Assembly (NCBI GenBank): GCA_025558095.1
Contig: JAIVFI010000013.1
Location: 124,001-188,000, forward strand
Source of the DNA: Hyaloraphidium curvatum SAG 235-1
Taxonomy: Eukaryota; Fungi; Monoblepharomycota
Length of the DNA: 64,000 nt
Direction of reading: 5' to 3'
Under the pieces are notes generated by a model. The model had not been told where the DNA came from, did no database searches, and was given only the letters and a program-made list of their open reading frames with translations. Both the position numbers and the translations under genes were made by a program. Positions 1 through 12,439 of the stretch are shown here, one piece after another. Within the stretch, counting starts at the first letter, position 1. The number at the start of each line of letters is the position of its first letter.

Positions 1-375
1 GATGGGATGCCGATGCACTTGCGAACGCCCCATCCCGCGGCGAACGACGCCGGGCGGCGAGACGATGGGGAGCGGTTAAACCCCCTGAGCGGGTCACGTG
101 CAGGGGTCCGGCGAGCACATCTGCCGCCCGCGCGGACTAACGTGCCCTCGAGTACAAAAGGCGGCTCCCCGCGCTCCCTCTGCCAGCACGCCAGTTCGCG
201 CCTGAAGCAAGTCTCCTCGTTTGTTGACTGCGGTGGGTCCGCCCATCCGGGTCGGGCAGCGCGCGCTGACGATGTCTCCCTGCCCGCCCCTGCCCCCTCT
301 CGGCTTCCCTCGCTCCCCCTTCATCCCGACCGCTCTCTCCTACTCCCGCCCGTCGCTATATCAGCCCCCACGAAG

Positions 376-756
376 ATGCACGTCACCAGCCCCCTCGGCA
401 TTCGCTCCTTCGTGTTCGGCACCGCCCTCTGGGCGAGCGGCGTCGGTCTCGTCCGCATCATGGGCGAAACCATGTACCCCCTCAAGGACGACAAGGCACG
501 CCAGGCCGCCGTGCTAGCCGCCACCATTCCCCTCTCCATGACCTTCCCCTACCTCCTTCCGGTCTTTGGGATCCCTAAGGAGGCCGAGTTCGAGGCTATG
601 GTCATGGGGTCGGCCGCCGCCTGCCTCTGGGACGGATACGCCGTCTTCTTCACCAACTGGTACTCGGACAGTGAGCACGTCAAGCTGAAGGTCGGCTCGA
701 CGCTGCTGTGGGGCATCGGGGTGGGCCTGCTGCTTGCCTCCAACAACAAGGGGTAG
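376..756 (+). CDS. Small 4-TM membrane protein (DUF5367-like)
   Basis: ATG at 376 within ORF 7..756. Four hydrophobic segments with G-x2-LW...WD-x4-F-x3-Y spacing recall bacterial DUF5367 proteins. No intron. Confidence 0.55.
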   Translation: MHVTSPLGIRSFVFGTALWASGVGLVRIMGETMYPLKDDKARQAAVLAATIPLSMTFPYLLPVFGIPKEAEFEAMVMGSAAACLWDGYAVFFTNWYSDSEHVKLKVGSTLLWGIGVGLLLASNNKG

Positions 757-972
757 ATTCCATGTAACAAAGACGGAGTTCATCAATCAACCTAGTTCTG
801 CTTCACCTCGTCGTCGAAATCGCGTGGTCCAAGTTGGCGATTGACACCGCCCGGCACAGCATTGAGAGGGGTGCGGCGGCAAGATGGGTGTTGCCGCTGA
901 CGCTCGACGCCCGCGGGGGATGCCGCACCGTGACACCCAACAGTCACACACGCTCTACTGCCCGCCGCCGCC

Positions 973-2838
973 ATGGCGCGCAGCGAGGCAACTCTCTTCT
1001 GTCGCCGCCGTCCCGTGCGGGGCCCGGGCCGCGGGATCTGCTTGCCGTTCCGCTTCGGACTCGCCTTCGCGCTCTTGCTGGCGGCCGCACGGCCGGCCAT
1101 CGCAGACCGCCTGCTGGGCAACCCGGTCGGCATCTCCGCCGACGGTGCGCCCTTCTTCAAGCCGATTGTGCCGCATTTGTCGGGATTGAGTGCTCTGGCC
1201 GGCGATGCGGGCGCGGTGCCGTTCAACGGCCCCATCGCCAAGATCGTCGGCGGCGCCGCCGTTCCCAGTCAAACCACCTATCCTTGGATGGCCCTGATCA
1301 TCGATCAGGTCCGCGGCTACATGTGCGGGGGTACCCTCATCGCCCCGAACGTGCTGCTTACCGCAGCGCACTGCGCTGCTGGGAGCCAGCCCTCGTTCTG
1401 GAGCGTCCGCACGTACCGCCTGGACCAGTCAAAGTCGACGCAGACCGAGGGAGGCATCGACTACTCGGTCACGAGGGTCGAGATCCATCCCTCCTACAAT
1501 GCCAACTCGATGGTCTTTGACGTGGCCGTGTTCTTTCTCTCGGCCCCCGTGAACTACGGCTCCTTCGTCCCGGCCTTTGTGGCCATCAACAGGAATGGCG
1601 CGATGCCGACGGCCGGCGAAACAGCCCGCACCATCGGCTGGGGCACGACAAGCTACCAGGGCTCGACACCCAACATCATGCGCGAGGTCGACATACCCGC
1701 AGCGTCGCCGGCAACCTGCGTCTCGGTTTTAGGCCAGGGGTTTGACAATCCCACGTACCTGTGTGCCGGCAGCGTCGGCAAAGACAGCTGTCAAGGAGAT
1801 TCTGGCGGACCAATCCTCGTCTTCCGCAACGGCGCATGGCTGCAGGTCGGCATCGTCAGCTTCGGAACGGCAGGATGTGCCGACTCGACCGAATACCTCG
1901 GCATATACTCCCGCATCTCGAGCTTCAGCGACTGGATCGACGCGCGCCTCGCCGAGGCCGGGGCTGTGACGCAGGCGCCCGTCAAGACCACGACGCGGCG
2001 ACCAGTAACAACGACGACCACGGTGGGTGCCTTTTGGCTCGTGAAGATGTTCGGACCGGGGTGGTACTGACTATGCATCCAGCTGACGAGGACTACCGCG
2101 GCCGTTCCCGCGGGAGAGACGGTCGTTTGCGCCAGCCCCGTCGCCGCGCTCACGGACCGCAACAGCGTCGTCTCGTCGATCAACATCCCTGGCCAGGGGA
2201 TTCTACAGGAAGTCAAAGTCGAGCTCGACCTCCAGCATTCCTTCTTTACCGACCTGGTCATCAACCTCACGCGAGTCTCGGACGGCCGCACCGTGCAGCT
2301 CTACAACCACAACACCGGCTGCTCCTCCTTTGCCTCGTCGCGGCCGTCACTCGTGTTCGACGACGCCGCAGCCGACCAATGGGGCGCGAACTGCGCTACC
2401 GCATCCTTCAGGCCCGACAGCCCGCTCGCTGCCCTGCAGGGAGGCGGATCGGGCGGCCAGTGGACACTCCGCGTGGCCGATGAGTGGGACGGAGACTCGG
2501 GCATCCTGTATGGCTGGTGCCTGCGCCTTCGGGCGGAGGCAGGATTCATACAGGAGCCTTCGACCGTCACCGTGACGAGCACTACGACGTTCGTGCAGGT
2601 GGTGCCGACGACCGTGACGTTGTTCGCGGTTTCCACCAAGACGGTGCAGAAGACCGTCAGCCGGACAAAGACTGTGACCTCCTTCCGAACAACAACCACA
2701 CGGTTCGCGACCAAGTTCGTGACCAAGTGCACCTCCACGCGCAAGATCACTGTGCTCCGGACAAGGACTGTCACAGTGCTGCGGGCAGCTGCAGCGCCAC
2801 AACGGGCCGTGAGACTGGGGCAAGCGGTAGAGGAATAG
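973..2838 (+). CDS. Secreted trypsin-like (S1) serine protease fused to a proprotein-convertase P-domain and Thr-rich tail
   Basis: Signal-like hydrophobic stretch, IVGG, TAAHC, FDVAV, DSCQGDSGGP. A 60-nt GT-AG intron at 2023..2082 (branch TACTGAC) removes the in-frame stop. The next exon reads VKVELDLQHSFFTDLVINL...GQWTLRVADEWDGDSGILYGWCL (P-domain pattern). Confidence 0.88.
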
Positions 2839-2909
2839 GAATCATTAAATGTGGAGTGTAAACCTGTGTCATTCGATGCACAAACTGCCTATGTCTCCAC
2901 CTCCTTGCC

Positions 2910-4628
2910 TCACAAGTGCGCGTTGATGATCGCCTTGACCTCCATGAATTCGAAGATGCCTTCTTTGCCTCTGCAGGTTTTGTCAGCTATGGTCGGACGG
3001 ACGATGCAAGCACCCACCCTTCCCGTCCGTTACCTGACTGCCGGTAGCCGCCAACAGGCACATCGAATGCCGCGCCGCTGCCCTGGAGTCCGATGAGTCC
3101 CGCCTTGAGCCTGCGGGCAATCTTGGCCGCTGAATCGGTGTCCTTCGCGTACACGTAGCCAGCAAGTCCGTAGGCTAGCGTACACGACGAATCAGAAAGA
3201 GAGCATGGTAGGACCGAATATGCCACTAACTCGTCTCGTTGGCAATCCTAACAGCCTCGTCGACATCGCTGTACGGGATCATGCAGAGCACCGGGCCGAA
3301 GATTTCCTCTCGCGCGATCCGCATGTCGTTGCGCACGTCGGCAAAGACGGTCGGCTTGACGAAGTAGCCCCGCTCGAAGCCCTCCGGTCGGCCGTCGCCG
3401 CCCGCAATGACCCTCGCGCCCTCCTCGATGCCCTTGCGAATGAGACCCGTGACCTTCTTATACTGCGCAGCATTGGCAAGCGGTCCGATCCCATCCCCGG
3501 CCTTTGCGGCGCGCTTGGGATCGGCCACCTTGACGGATCCGGCGACCTTGGTTGCGATGGCCACGGCCTCCTCGTAGCGGCTCCGAGGCACGAGCATCCT
3601 CGTGGGGGCGACGCAGGTCTGCCCGCTGTTGTTCATCACGTCCAGGATCCCCTTGGAGACGGCCTTCTCGAGGGGAGCGTCGGCGGTAATGATGTTAGCC
3701 GATTTGCCGCCGAGTTCCTGGCAGACACGCTTCACAGTCGGAGCTGCAGCTTCGGCGACGAGAATGCCGGCGCGGCCCGAACCGGTGAACGAGATCATGT
3801 CGATTCCTGTGAAAAAAAGACGTTGGCAGATGTCCGAAAGACACAGTTGGCGTCACCGCACCTGGATGAGAGGCGATATCATGGCCGACGCCCGGTCCAT
3901 CGCCGTTGATGAGGTTGAAAACGCCCGGGGGCACTCCAGCTTCATGCAGGGCTTCTGCGACGACTATGGCGTCCAGCGGTGCAAGTTCCGAGGGCTTCAA
4001 GATCACTGTGCAACCAGCTGCAAGTGCCGCCGCAACTTTCATGGTAACGATCGTCGTTGGCCTGTCGAGGCGGCAAGATGAGCTGCGGATCCGACGATTC
4101 GCGGTCAACCAACCAGTTCCACGGCGTTATCAGGCCGCATACGCCGATGGGCTCGTGCCGAACGAGGTGTTTCCCGCCCCTCCTCTCCTCGAACTCGAGC
4201 TCCTGCAGAGCCTTGATGGTGAAGCCCAGTAGACCGACCGGCCCCGCCGCTTGAGCAGTGTCGGCAAGGTATTTCGGTGCTCCCATCTCGCTCGTGATCT
4301 TGGCGGCCATTTCCGGTATCCTTTTCTTCAAGGCCGCGGCAAACCGCTGCAGCAACGCCACCCGCTCGTCCTTTGTCGTCTCCGAGAAGGTCTCGAAGGC
4401 TCTGCGCGCAGCGGCGACGGCTCTGTCGACGTCCGCTTTGGAGCCGATGGCAATGCGGGCGGTCGGCTCCTCAGTCGCGGGGTCAATCACGTCATGCTTG
4501 ACGAGCTTTCCGGCGGGAGGAACCCATTCGCCGTCGATGTAGAAGCTCAGGTGCTCCTGCAGCGTGCCCCCGACGATAAGAAGCCAAACTCTCCCGGCAG
4601 CAATGAAGACGCTTACGGGAACGCTCAT
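2910..4628 (-). CDS. Aldehyde dehydrogenase (bacterial CddD-like subfamily), multi-exon, C-terminus -AHL
   Basis: Motifs [54 protein letters not shown]. First intron 4557..4616 (GTAAGC..CAG). Last exon [17 protein letters not shown]. Confidence 0.92.
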
Positions 4629-4927
4629 TGGCCGGAAGTCGGTGCTCCTTTGTTGGTGAATGGTGTGTCTGGGGGACGTTTTCTGCGTAGAACACCGACG
4701 GTTCCGAAGTCGCTGGACATGCCAACGATGCTCATTGTCGCGCTACCTCGCAGATGGTAGCAGGAGAGGCACCGGTAGATCGTTTCTTGCAGAGGGTTAC
4801 TCGATGGGAGCCGGATTCGGCGCCAGATTCGCGGATTCGCAGTCGCCGTCATCCTGCCCCCGCCGCGGTATAAACAAGAAAAGAGAGCAACCAAGGCGGC
4901 GGTCTCTCTCCTTCGTTTCTCGCCGTT

Positions 4928-6401
4928 ATGTCGGCTCCCCATCTTCTCCTATCTCACCCGCAGACGTCCCTCATACATCTCCTGACTGTTCCGGGGCTGA
5001 CGGTCCACACGTCGATCTCGTCGACCACGCCGGCCCACTGCGTCTCCCTGCCCCTCCCCCTGCCCACCGCGACTCCGCCGACTCTATTTGCCGCGCAGGC
5101 CGCGCGGCCGACAATCCATGCCTACAAGTTTACCCACACGAACACTCTCGCCGAGATCCTGAAGCACCCCGCGCCGGAAAAGGTCACGGCGCTCGCGAGC
5201 TCGCCGTCCGGCAACTACCTCGTCGCGGGCGGGGCCACGGGCCGCTTATGGGTGTGGGAAGTTGCCACAGGGGAGCTGTTGAGGAGCTGGGAGGGACACT
5301 ACAAGCGTGTCGGGGTCATTCGGTTCTCCAGTTGCGGGCAGGGTGTTTGGACCGGCGGCGACGAAGGGGCAGTCCACCTCTGGAACCTGGCCGAGTTGGT
5401 GTCTTTCCGCCTGTCTGTCGGTACTCGTGTTCTCACTGAGGGGTTCTCGTTGTCAGCCTTGTGGATAGGACCTCGGACGGGCCGCTAAAGACCCTCGTCA
5501 CCTACTCGGACCACACGCTGCCGGTGACGGACATTGACGTGACCGTTGGCCACCTTTTCAATGCCTGGGTTGTCACAGCATCCCAGGATCGGACAGTTCG
5601 GGTTCGTGGGCGAAAATGTGTTCGTCCGGAAGGGAGTGTCTCACTGGTATGCTACAGATTCGCGGAGTCGCCCCTTTGTCGGAGCTGCCGACCATCCTCT
5701 CCCTTTTGCTCCCCTCGACTCCGACGCGAGTCATCCTTCCTCCTCCCTACCTTGCTCTCTACATTGCCTGCTCCGACGGTATCGTCCGACGACAGCAGCT
5801 CTACTCTCGTGTGCCCAACCAGCCCGGCCGTCTCGATCCCGTGACGGAGTACTCCACGGGCCGCCTGGACTTTTCTCTCCTCCACAAGGAATCCAAAGGC
5901 GCCTTCCAATACCCCGCCACGCCTTCCCCCGTCCTCTCCCTGGCCATGCACGGCGACACCCTCTACGCCGGCCACGCCGACGGCACCCTCACGGCCTTCG
6001 ATGCCGGCTCGGGCGCCGTCCTCCGCCGTATCGACTGCGCGCAGCTGACCCCCGCGTCGCGCGCCGCGGACGTGGACGGCAAGGACGCTGGGATCCCCAA
6101 GGGCGTGACGGAGCTGGTCGTGGTCGGGCTGCCGCTGCGGCCCGCAAAGAGGGACCCGGCGTCCAAGCCGCTGAAGAGGTATCCCAACATGGAGCCGAGG
6201 GACACCGTGGTCGAGTTTCCGGCGCCGCGGGCCGAAGCGGAGCCGGAGCTAGAGCTCTGGTACGGCGACGGGGCGGAGGAGATGGACTCGGACGAGGTGA
6301 AGAGGCTTGGCGATGAGGTGGAGAGGCTGAAGGCAAGGGAGGCATTGCTGATGGAAGCCAACGACAAGCTGTTCCAGCTTGCGAAGGGCAAGATCACTTG
6401 A
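4928..6401 (+). CDS. IPI3: WD40 pre-rRNA processing protein IPI3/WDR18 (Rix1 complex)
   Basis: WD repeats (GRLWVWEVATGELLRSWEGHYKRV; YSDHTLPVTDI; VVTASQDRTVR) and a C-terminal coiled coil. Two introns near 5399-5457 and 5602-5658. Confidence 0.8.
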
Positions 6402-6702
6402 AAGCCCGGTATCTGGCCATACATGCTTCACGATGAGACACAGTGGTTGTCCATCCTAGCCACAGCAAAGACCCGTCAAGATGTTCCGGTCCGCCACCAG
6501 GAGGAGGCCTTGTCCCTGCCCGGACCGCCCCGCGAGACGTTCTGTACGAGCAGACCATCACTCGGCCAATATGGGCTGGAGCAAATGGGTCGACTCTGCT
6601 GGAGTGCTGCTTCAAAGGGCCGAAATGCCCGGATCGGCCTCGATGGGATCAGTCCACGGGGGGGAGAATCCTCTGTCGACGCTGGCTGCGGTTCGTCGGT
6701 GC

Positions 6703-7252
6703 CTATTCCTTCTCCCACGCTCGCGAGCGGGTGCTGACGCGCTTAAAGTCCCAATCGTCCTCGGTCTTGGCGACCTTGCTGTCGACAGCCTGCGCAATCG
6801 CGGGGGGAGACGCGTCAGACAAGTCCACCTGAAGGCCCGATTCCAGCTCGTCCGGGGCGTAACTCCGTGCCACCGACACCGTGCCCTAACAGCGCAGATC
6901 GCCAGCATCGCCAGGATGGCGCTCTTCTGCGGACCATCCCTCCCCCGGACCCGGAACGCACCTTGAGCTCCTCCTCGAGCGTCACCGGTTTCTCCTTCTT
7001 CTGCACCTTCCCCCCCGTCCGTATCCCCAGCTCCTCCTCGTTCCTGTGCATCTTGAATTTTTCGTCGCGGATCTGCATCCGCGTTTCCTGGAAGTGCGCG
7101 ATGACGAAGGAGCCGGCGACGACCGAGGCCATCATCGGGAGGCCGACGTAGAGGAACGAGTTCTTCTTGGCCAGGCGGCGGAAGTTGGCGGCGAGGGAGG
7201 CGGGGGAATAGGGCGACACGGGCCTCCGCGACGGGACCGGGCGAGAGGCCAT
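6703..7252 (-). CDS. COX16: Cytochrome c oxidase assembly protein COX16
   Basis: FLYVGLPMMASVVAGSFVIAHF TM, VTLEEELK, intron 6790..6961, last exon AVDSKVAKTEDDWDFKRV...KE*. Confidence 0.85.
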
Positions 7253-7420
7253 GTTGGAAGGGCAGTGGTTGACGCTGGTCGCGACGCCGAGTTGAGCCAT
7301 AAAGACGTCGAGGATTGCATCGCGGCTTCCAACGTCGCTCGCAGGTCAAAGAATTCCAAAATGAACAATCAATTCAATCTCTAGCGTCTATACATCCGCA
7401 AGACCAACCCCCGGTGTCGC

Positions 7421-9143
7421 TCAAGCCGCCTTCGCCTTCCCCCCCTCCGCGGCCTTGGCCGCCTCCACCTCCTTGAACAGCCTCTGCTCGATCGCCATCC
7501 CGTCCACCTCCTCCCCCGTCGGCACGTCCAGCCTCGCCACCGCCATGCCCTGCAGCAGGTGCCTCGCTCCCCAGGAGTGCCAGTACGCGCGGCCGTTGAA
7601 GTCGGCCGTGACGTCCTTGCCCAGGTTGAGCTTGATCAGGTGGCGGCCGCCGGGGTGGTGCGGGAGGAAGTCCTCGACGTCGTAGATGACGTTGGAGACG
7701 CAGACGAGCTTGCGTCCGGAGATGTGCTGCGATTGGACTGCGGGAAGGGGGGCCGTGTGAGATGCATGTCCCGATGCGCGCGGCAGGGAGGGAAAACGCA
7801 CATTCGTCCCAGCTCCATTCGGGCAGCTGCTCCTTCTTCGGCCCGTAATCCAGCTCCTCCTTCTCCCGCTGCAGCCTCTTCTCCTTCTGGTGCACGACGC
7901 CCTTCATGATCTCGTTCATGGGCATGGTCTTGAGGTTCCACGTCAGCCCGAGCATGCTCGCCCCGCGGATGAGCCACTTGGTCGGGTCGTACTGGTACCA
8001 CTCGATCGCGTTGCGGTAGTCGTGCGGGAACTCGTGGTGGAAGTTGTGGTAGCCCTCGCCGAGGGTCACGAAGGCGGTGATGATGTGGTTGCGCGGGGTC
8101 AGGCGGTCCGTGAAGGTGGCCTCGCCGAGCCAGTGCGCGAGGGAGTTGACGCAGAAGGTGGCGTGGTGCACGAAGACGAGGCGGAGGACGCCGGCGAAGA
8201 AGTAGCCGCCCTGTGATGCGGGGAATGTGAGCAACGGGCGTTGGCTAATGCGCAACAGACGCAACGCACCACCCAGTCGCCCCAGCCGAGCCCGGCGACG
8301 AACGTCGGCAGGACGAAGCCCATGAGCATGCTGAGCCACGGGTAGTTGCGGTGCTGCCAGCGGACCATCCAGTCCTTGTCGAGGTCCGAGATGTCGACGG
8401 CGCCACGGTTCTTGGCGTCCTCCTTGTTCAGCATCCACCCGATGTGCGCCCAGAGCATGCCTTTGCGCGCCGAGTAGGGGTCCTGCAGGGGCGAAAGGTC
8501 AGCGCATGGCCGTGCGGGACGGGGGCCGGCGGTGCGGGCGATGCAAAGGCCGTCATGCGCAGATCTGGCCAAGGGGCCCGCCGGCGGCGCCCGAGCGCGC
8601 CCGGCAGCCCGAATCGATGACCAGGCGTCGCATGCGCATGCACGCGCCACGCAGACTGCGCAGCCTGCCCGCCGGAGGCGTGATGTGCGGCGCCAGGACG
8701 CCGAAGCCCACCTTGATGGTGTCGGTGTAGCGGTGGTGCTGGCGGTGGCCCCTGCTCCACCACCTGATGCTGCCCTCGACGGCGCCGGTGCCGCCAATCA
8801 GCAGAAACCAGCGGAACAGCTTGCCGGCGTCGTAGCTCTTGTGTGCCCAGTAGCGGTGGTACCCGGCGGTGATGCCGAGGCCGGTCCACGCGTAGTACAC
8901 CACGGCCCAGATTGCGGTCGGCAGCCGCAGCGGCACGGTCAGCAGGCCGTACAGGGCGAGCAGCGGCGTCGCCGTGAGCAGCACGAAGTGCACCCAGTTG
9001 ACCTTCTTGAGGCTTGCGGGGATGGCGGTCTCCGCCGACTGGTGCACGAAGTCGGGCGCGACGAAGCGCGGCGCGTCCTTCGCGGGCGGCGCGTTGTACG
9101 TCGGCGCGTTGACCATCGGCTCGACGGGCGGCGCGGCGGCCAT
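7421..9143 (-). CDS. OLE1: Delta-9 acyl-CoA desaturase with C-terminal cytochrome b5 domain
   Basis: His boxes [17 protein letters not shown] and [12 protein letters not shown]; cytochrome b5 HPGG motif. Three introns, including 8483..8711. Confidence 0.95.
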
Positions 9144-9657
9144 TTCTGGGCGGGGCGAGGCAAAGGCGTGCCGATGCCGTGGCGGCGGTGAGCCGCGCTG
9201 CGCGACTGCGGGGCGGCCGGCGCCCACCTGCGCGGCGATCCGGAGTGCCTGCTGAGTGCCGAGGGGGAATGTGCCGGCGATGCCGGGCTGCCTGGGCTCT
9301 AGAAGTACTTTGGGTGACCTCGGGTCGGGTCGGAAGCCGATGCCTTGAGTGCCCCAAACGTCGATCACTCGCCGCACGGCCGGCGGCTGGCGGGACATTG
9401 GTCACAACCAAGTGACTAACTTTTGCGGGCCCGATGCTTTGGGGAAGACATTTTCGGACGCGCCGCATCATCGCTGCATCTCCTAGCGTCGGCCTTTGGG
9501 CCTCGGGACGGTGCGAGCCGGCCCCGAGTTAGCCCCCGCCACCGCCTCCCGCAACCTCAGATCACCCCCATCGCAGCATCATACCGCTTGACCCGTTGAC
9601 GCAACGGTGTCACCCGATCCCAAACCCGATCATCTGGGGTCCGCCAGGCCGGATGCG

Positions 9658-10249
9658 TCACTGCGGCCCGTCCCCATCTGCGGCAAGCGCCTTCGGTCAG
9701 CGCAAGCCCCCCAATCCCGCCTCCACGCGACGATACCCACAGAAATTCTCCACGGCAACGACCTTCCACTCCCCCTCCCTCCACTCGACGTCGAACACCT
9801 CGCATACCATTGTCCCCGATTCTCTCTTGTACGCGCACGCGACACGGTTCGGGGCCGCGGGCAGGCACGCGTCGACGAGGTCCAGCCTGACCCCGGGGGT
9901 GGCGAGGCCGGCGGTCAGGTAGGGACCGACCTCGGCGAGGCCGTGCAGGATGCCGGTGGGGGAGCCTGTGGGCGGGGAGTCGTGTCAGCTTCAGTCGCGC
10001 TTCGGAACAGCCCGCCCACTCCCTCCATTCTGGCCCTCCTCCACTCCCACGTCCCGCCCGCATGGCAGACATACCTATCTTCCCGCCGCTCTTCTCCCAC
10101 GCCATCCTCGCCCTCGGCGTTCGGAACAGCACGTCCTCCGCGAAGTGCGCGAGCGCCCCCGCCGCGTCGTTGGTCGAGCACGCCTTGCACCACGCCCGCG
10201 CGAGGGCGAGGGCTTCGGGGCGGGTGATTTCGCGCGCGGGGGAGGGCAT
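9658..10249 (-). CDS. SnoaL/NTF2-like fold protein
   Basis: AWCKACSTNDAAGALAHFAEDVLFRTP...GILHGLAEVGPYL...CEVFDV. Two short introns; last exon gives FYGDGPQ*. Confidence 0.7.
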
Positions 10250-10760
10250 GGCGGCGGGATCCGGAGAATGGTGGAAGGGGAGATGGTGCGGGAGACGCGG
10301 TGGCACAGCGGGGTCCCTGGCGATCCGATCCGGATTGGCCGCGCCACCGGCGCATCCCGCCCGCAGGACGATGGTGGATCGGGTACTGACGATGAGGGAT
10401 GCGAGAATCTGGTTGAGGTCCCCGTGGCATCCCACGATGAACTGCCTCTCGCGGACCTCGCCTCGGATGCAAGGCCGTTCGTTCCTTGTCAGCCTCCTTG
10501 GGACCAAACCAGCAGCGCACACGGCTCGCTGAACGCTAGAAGAAAGATGCGAGAGTGCTCTTGGAACTGCGCAGCTTCGGTGTCCTGGCTTTGTGGGTGA
10601 GGCGCGCCTGTCTTCCTGTCTTCCTGTCCATCGCTGGCTCATGCGGCCACCTCGTCCCTCAAATCCCCCACTCGACTCGGGGTGCTCCGTGCAGGCCCCC
10701 GACCGTTCGCGGGCAAAGACCCCGAGGCGCAGCAAACGTCCGGATCCCAACTCCTCCGCG

Positions 10761-12173
10761 ATGGCGGCCCTCGCCGCCCTCTCGCTGCTCTTCCTCGCCA
10801 CCGGCGCGTCCGCGCAGCCCCCCGACTCGGTCTCCGTTACCCTCCCCATCTACGACCTCGGCGGCGGCGAGTTCAAGCTGGGCATATACCTGCAGCTCGG
10901 CAGCTCGCCCACCCCGAACCTGTACGAGTTCGACACGGGGTCCTCGGGGCTGTTTGCCGCGCCGTACAACTTTGAGGGCTTCGAGAGCACGGGGCAGAAC
11001 GTGAACCAGGAGTACTTTTCCGGGATCGTCTACAACTCCACTATCGTTACGACCAACTGCTCGGTTTGGTCGGCGGCGGGGACCGCAGGACAGCCCGGGG
11101 CGCCGCAGCGCGTCTCCGGCGCCACGGCCGTGAACATCGGCGTCGGACGGACCTACAACGGGTACAACTTCAAGAAGCCCGAGTCGATGGACTTCAACAC
11201 CTCGGTTGCCAACGGAGGCCCGCCGTTCCTCTTTGGCGTGTTCTGGGGCGACTCGGGGATGGGGTTCTCGTCGACGGGGGGGCTCTTCAACGTGTTGCCG
11301 CAGGTGAGTCCCCTCGTCTCCCTCCAGCGACCCGTTCTGAGGCTCACTGGTATGCAGATGCCCGGGAACCTCGCCTCCGGATTCGTCCTCGACCTCGGCC
11401 CGGCGCCGACGCCGGTCCCGCTCAAGGACGGCCCCAAGATCGTCTCTTACGGGACCATGACGCTGGGCATCACCAACGCAACGCGGGCGCAGTTCCCCTC
11501 CGTCTTCCCCATGGCCGGCAAGGGCGTCAATGGCCCCTTCCCTGCGCCGAACCCGCTGAACCTGACCACGTACCGCACAACCCTGACGGCCGGCACCATG
11601 TGCCTGCAGAACGCCGATGCCGGGTGCGCCAACGGTCCGATCTACCAGCTCTTCGACACGGGCGCCCCGACCATGACGATCCACGACACTCTGGGGACCG
11701 TCTCGGCCGCCTTCCCGCGGGGCTTCTTCTCCAACTCTTCGGGCGGGATCGGCGGCCTCCGGAATAACGTGGACGTCACGTTTGCCCTCAACACCAGCTC
11801 GGGAACCCCCGTGCCATACGAAAAGCTTACGACTGGATCCGGGAACCCGATCGGCTACACGAGCTCGTTCAGTGCCGTGCCTGTCGACTACATCAACACG
11901 GGGATCCAGGCCTTCTTCGGGCGCAGTGTCATGTTCGACGCTCTCAACGGCGTCGTGGGGGTCTCGACGGCGGGGCAGGTGGCCGGCTGCCCGTGCGCGG
12001 CGGTGACGCCGGTGCCGAGCCCGACCGGAAGCCCAACGGGGACGACTGCCTCGGCGACCGCGACGGCGACCCCGCTGTCGACGTCCAGGCCCGGAGCTGC
12101 GATTTCGTTGGCAGTTGGATGGATCGCACCGCTCATCGCGTCGCTGGTGGGCGTTGCTGCTTTGGGATTCTAG
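10761..12173 (+). CDS. Secreted, probably GPI-anchored aspartic protease-like protein
   Basis: Signal peptide MAALAALSLLFLATGASA, two DTG motifs (YEFDTGSSG, QLFDTGAP), S/T-rich stalk and hydrophobic C-terminus. In-frame 54-nt intron 11304..11357. Confidence 0.75.
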   Translation: MAALAALSLLFLATGASAQPPDSVSVTLPIYDLGGGEFKLGIYLQLGSSPTPNLYEFDTGSSGLFAAPYNFEGFESTGQNVNQEYFSGIVYNSTIVTTNCSVWSAAGTAGQPGAPQRVSGATAVNIGVGRTYNGYNFKKPESMDFNTSVANGGPPFLFGVFWGDSGMGFSSTGGLFNVLPQVSPLVSLQRPVLRLTGMQMPGNLASGFVLDLGPAPTPVPLKDGPKIVSYGTMTLGITNATRAQFPSVFPMAGKGVNGPFPAPNPLNLTTYRTTLTAGTMCLQNADAGCANGPIYQLFDTGAPTMTIHDTLGTVSAAFPRGFFSNSSGGIGGLRNNVDVTFALNTSSGTPVPYEKLTTGSGNPIGYTSSFSAVPVDYINTGIQAFFGRSVMFDALNGVVGVSTAGQVAGCPCAAVTPVPSPTGSPTGTTASATATATPLSTSRPGAAISLAVGWIAPLIASLVGVAALGF

Positions 12174-12439
12174 ATAAAAGGGTAGCGAGACGGAGCAGCA
12201 CACCGGATCCGCCCCTGGGGATTGCCGCTTTACAGCAGATTGCGGCCACCAGAATGATGGATCGGGAGCCGTAGATGTACGATGCATGATCTATATCTTC
12301 ACTTTGGCTATGTCAACTGCAGTAGCGCTGCTTCAGGATCGGGCTCGGATTTTTGAGACGGCGTCCTGTGATCCGACTCCGATCCGACTGCCTCCCAGGC
12401 CACATCGCGTTCGCGACCGCCCCGCTCCTGCCTCCAACC

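Noticed and set aside
2068-2073. TGA-CTA readthrough motif at the end of the trypsin ORF
   Set aside because: It lies inside a GT-AG intron and forms the TACTGAC branch site; splicing explains the continuation.
8483-8711. snoRNA or riboswitch in the long OLE1 intron
   Set aside because: No C/D or H/ACA boxes or TPP aptamer motif recognised by eye. GC-rich palindromes alone are not evidence. An Infernal/Rfam scan would settle it.
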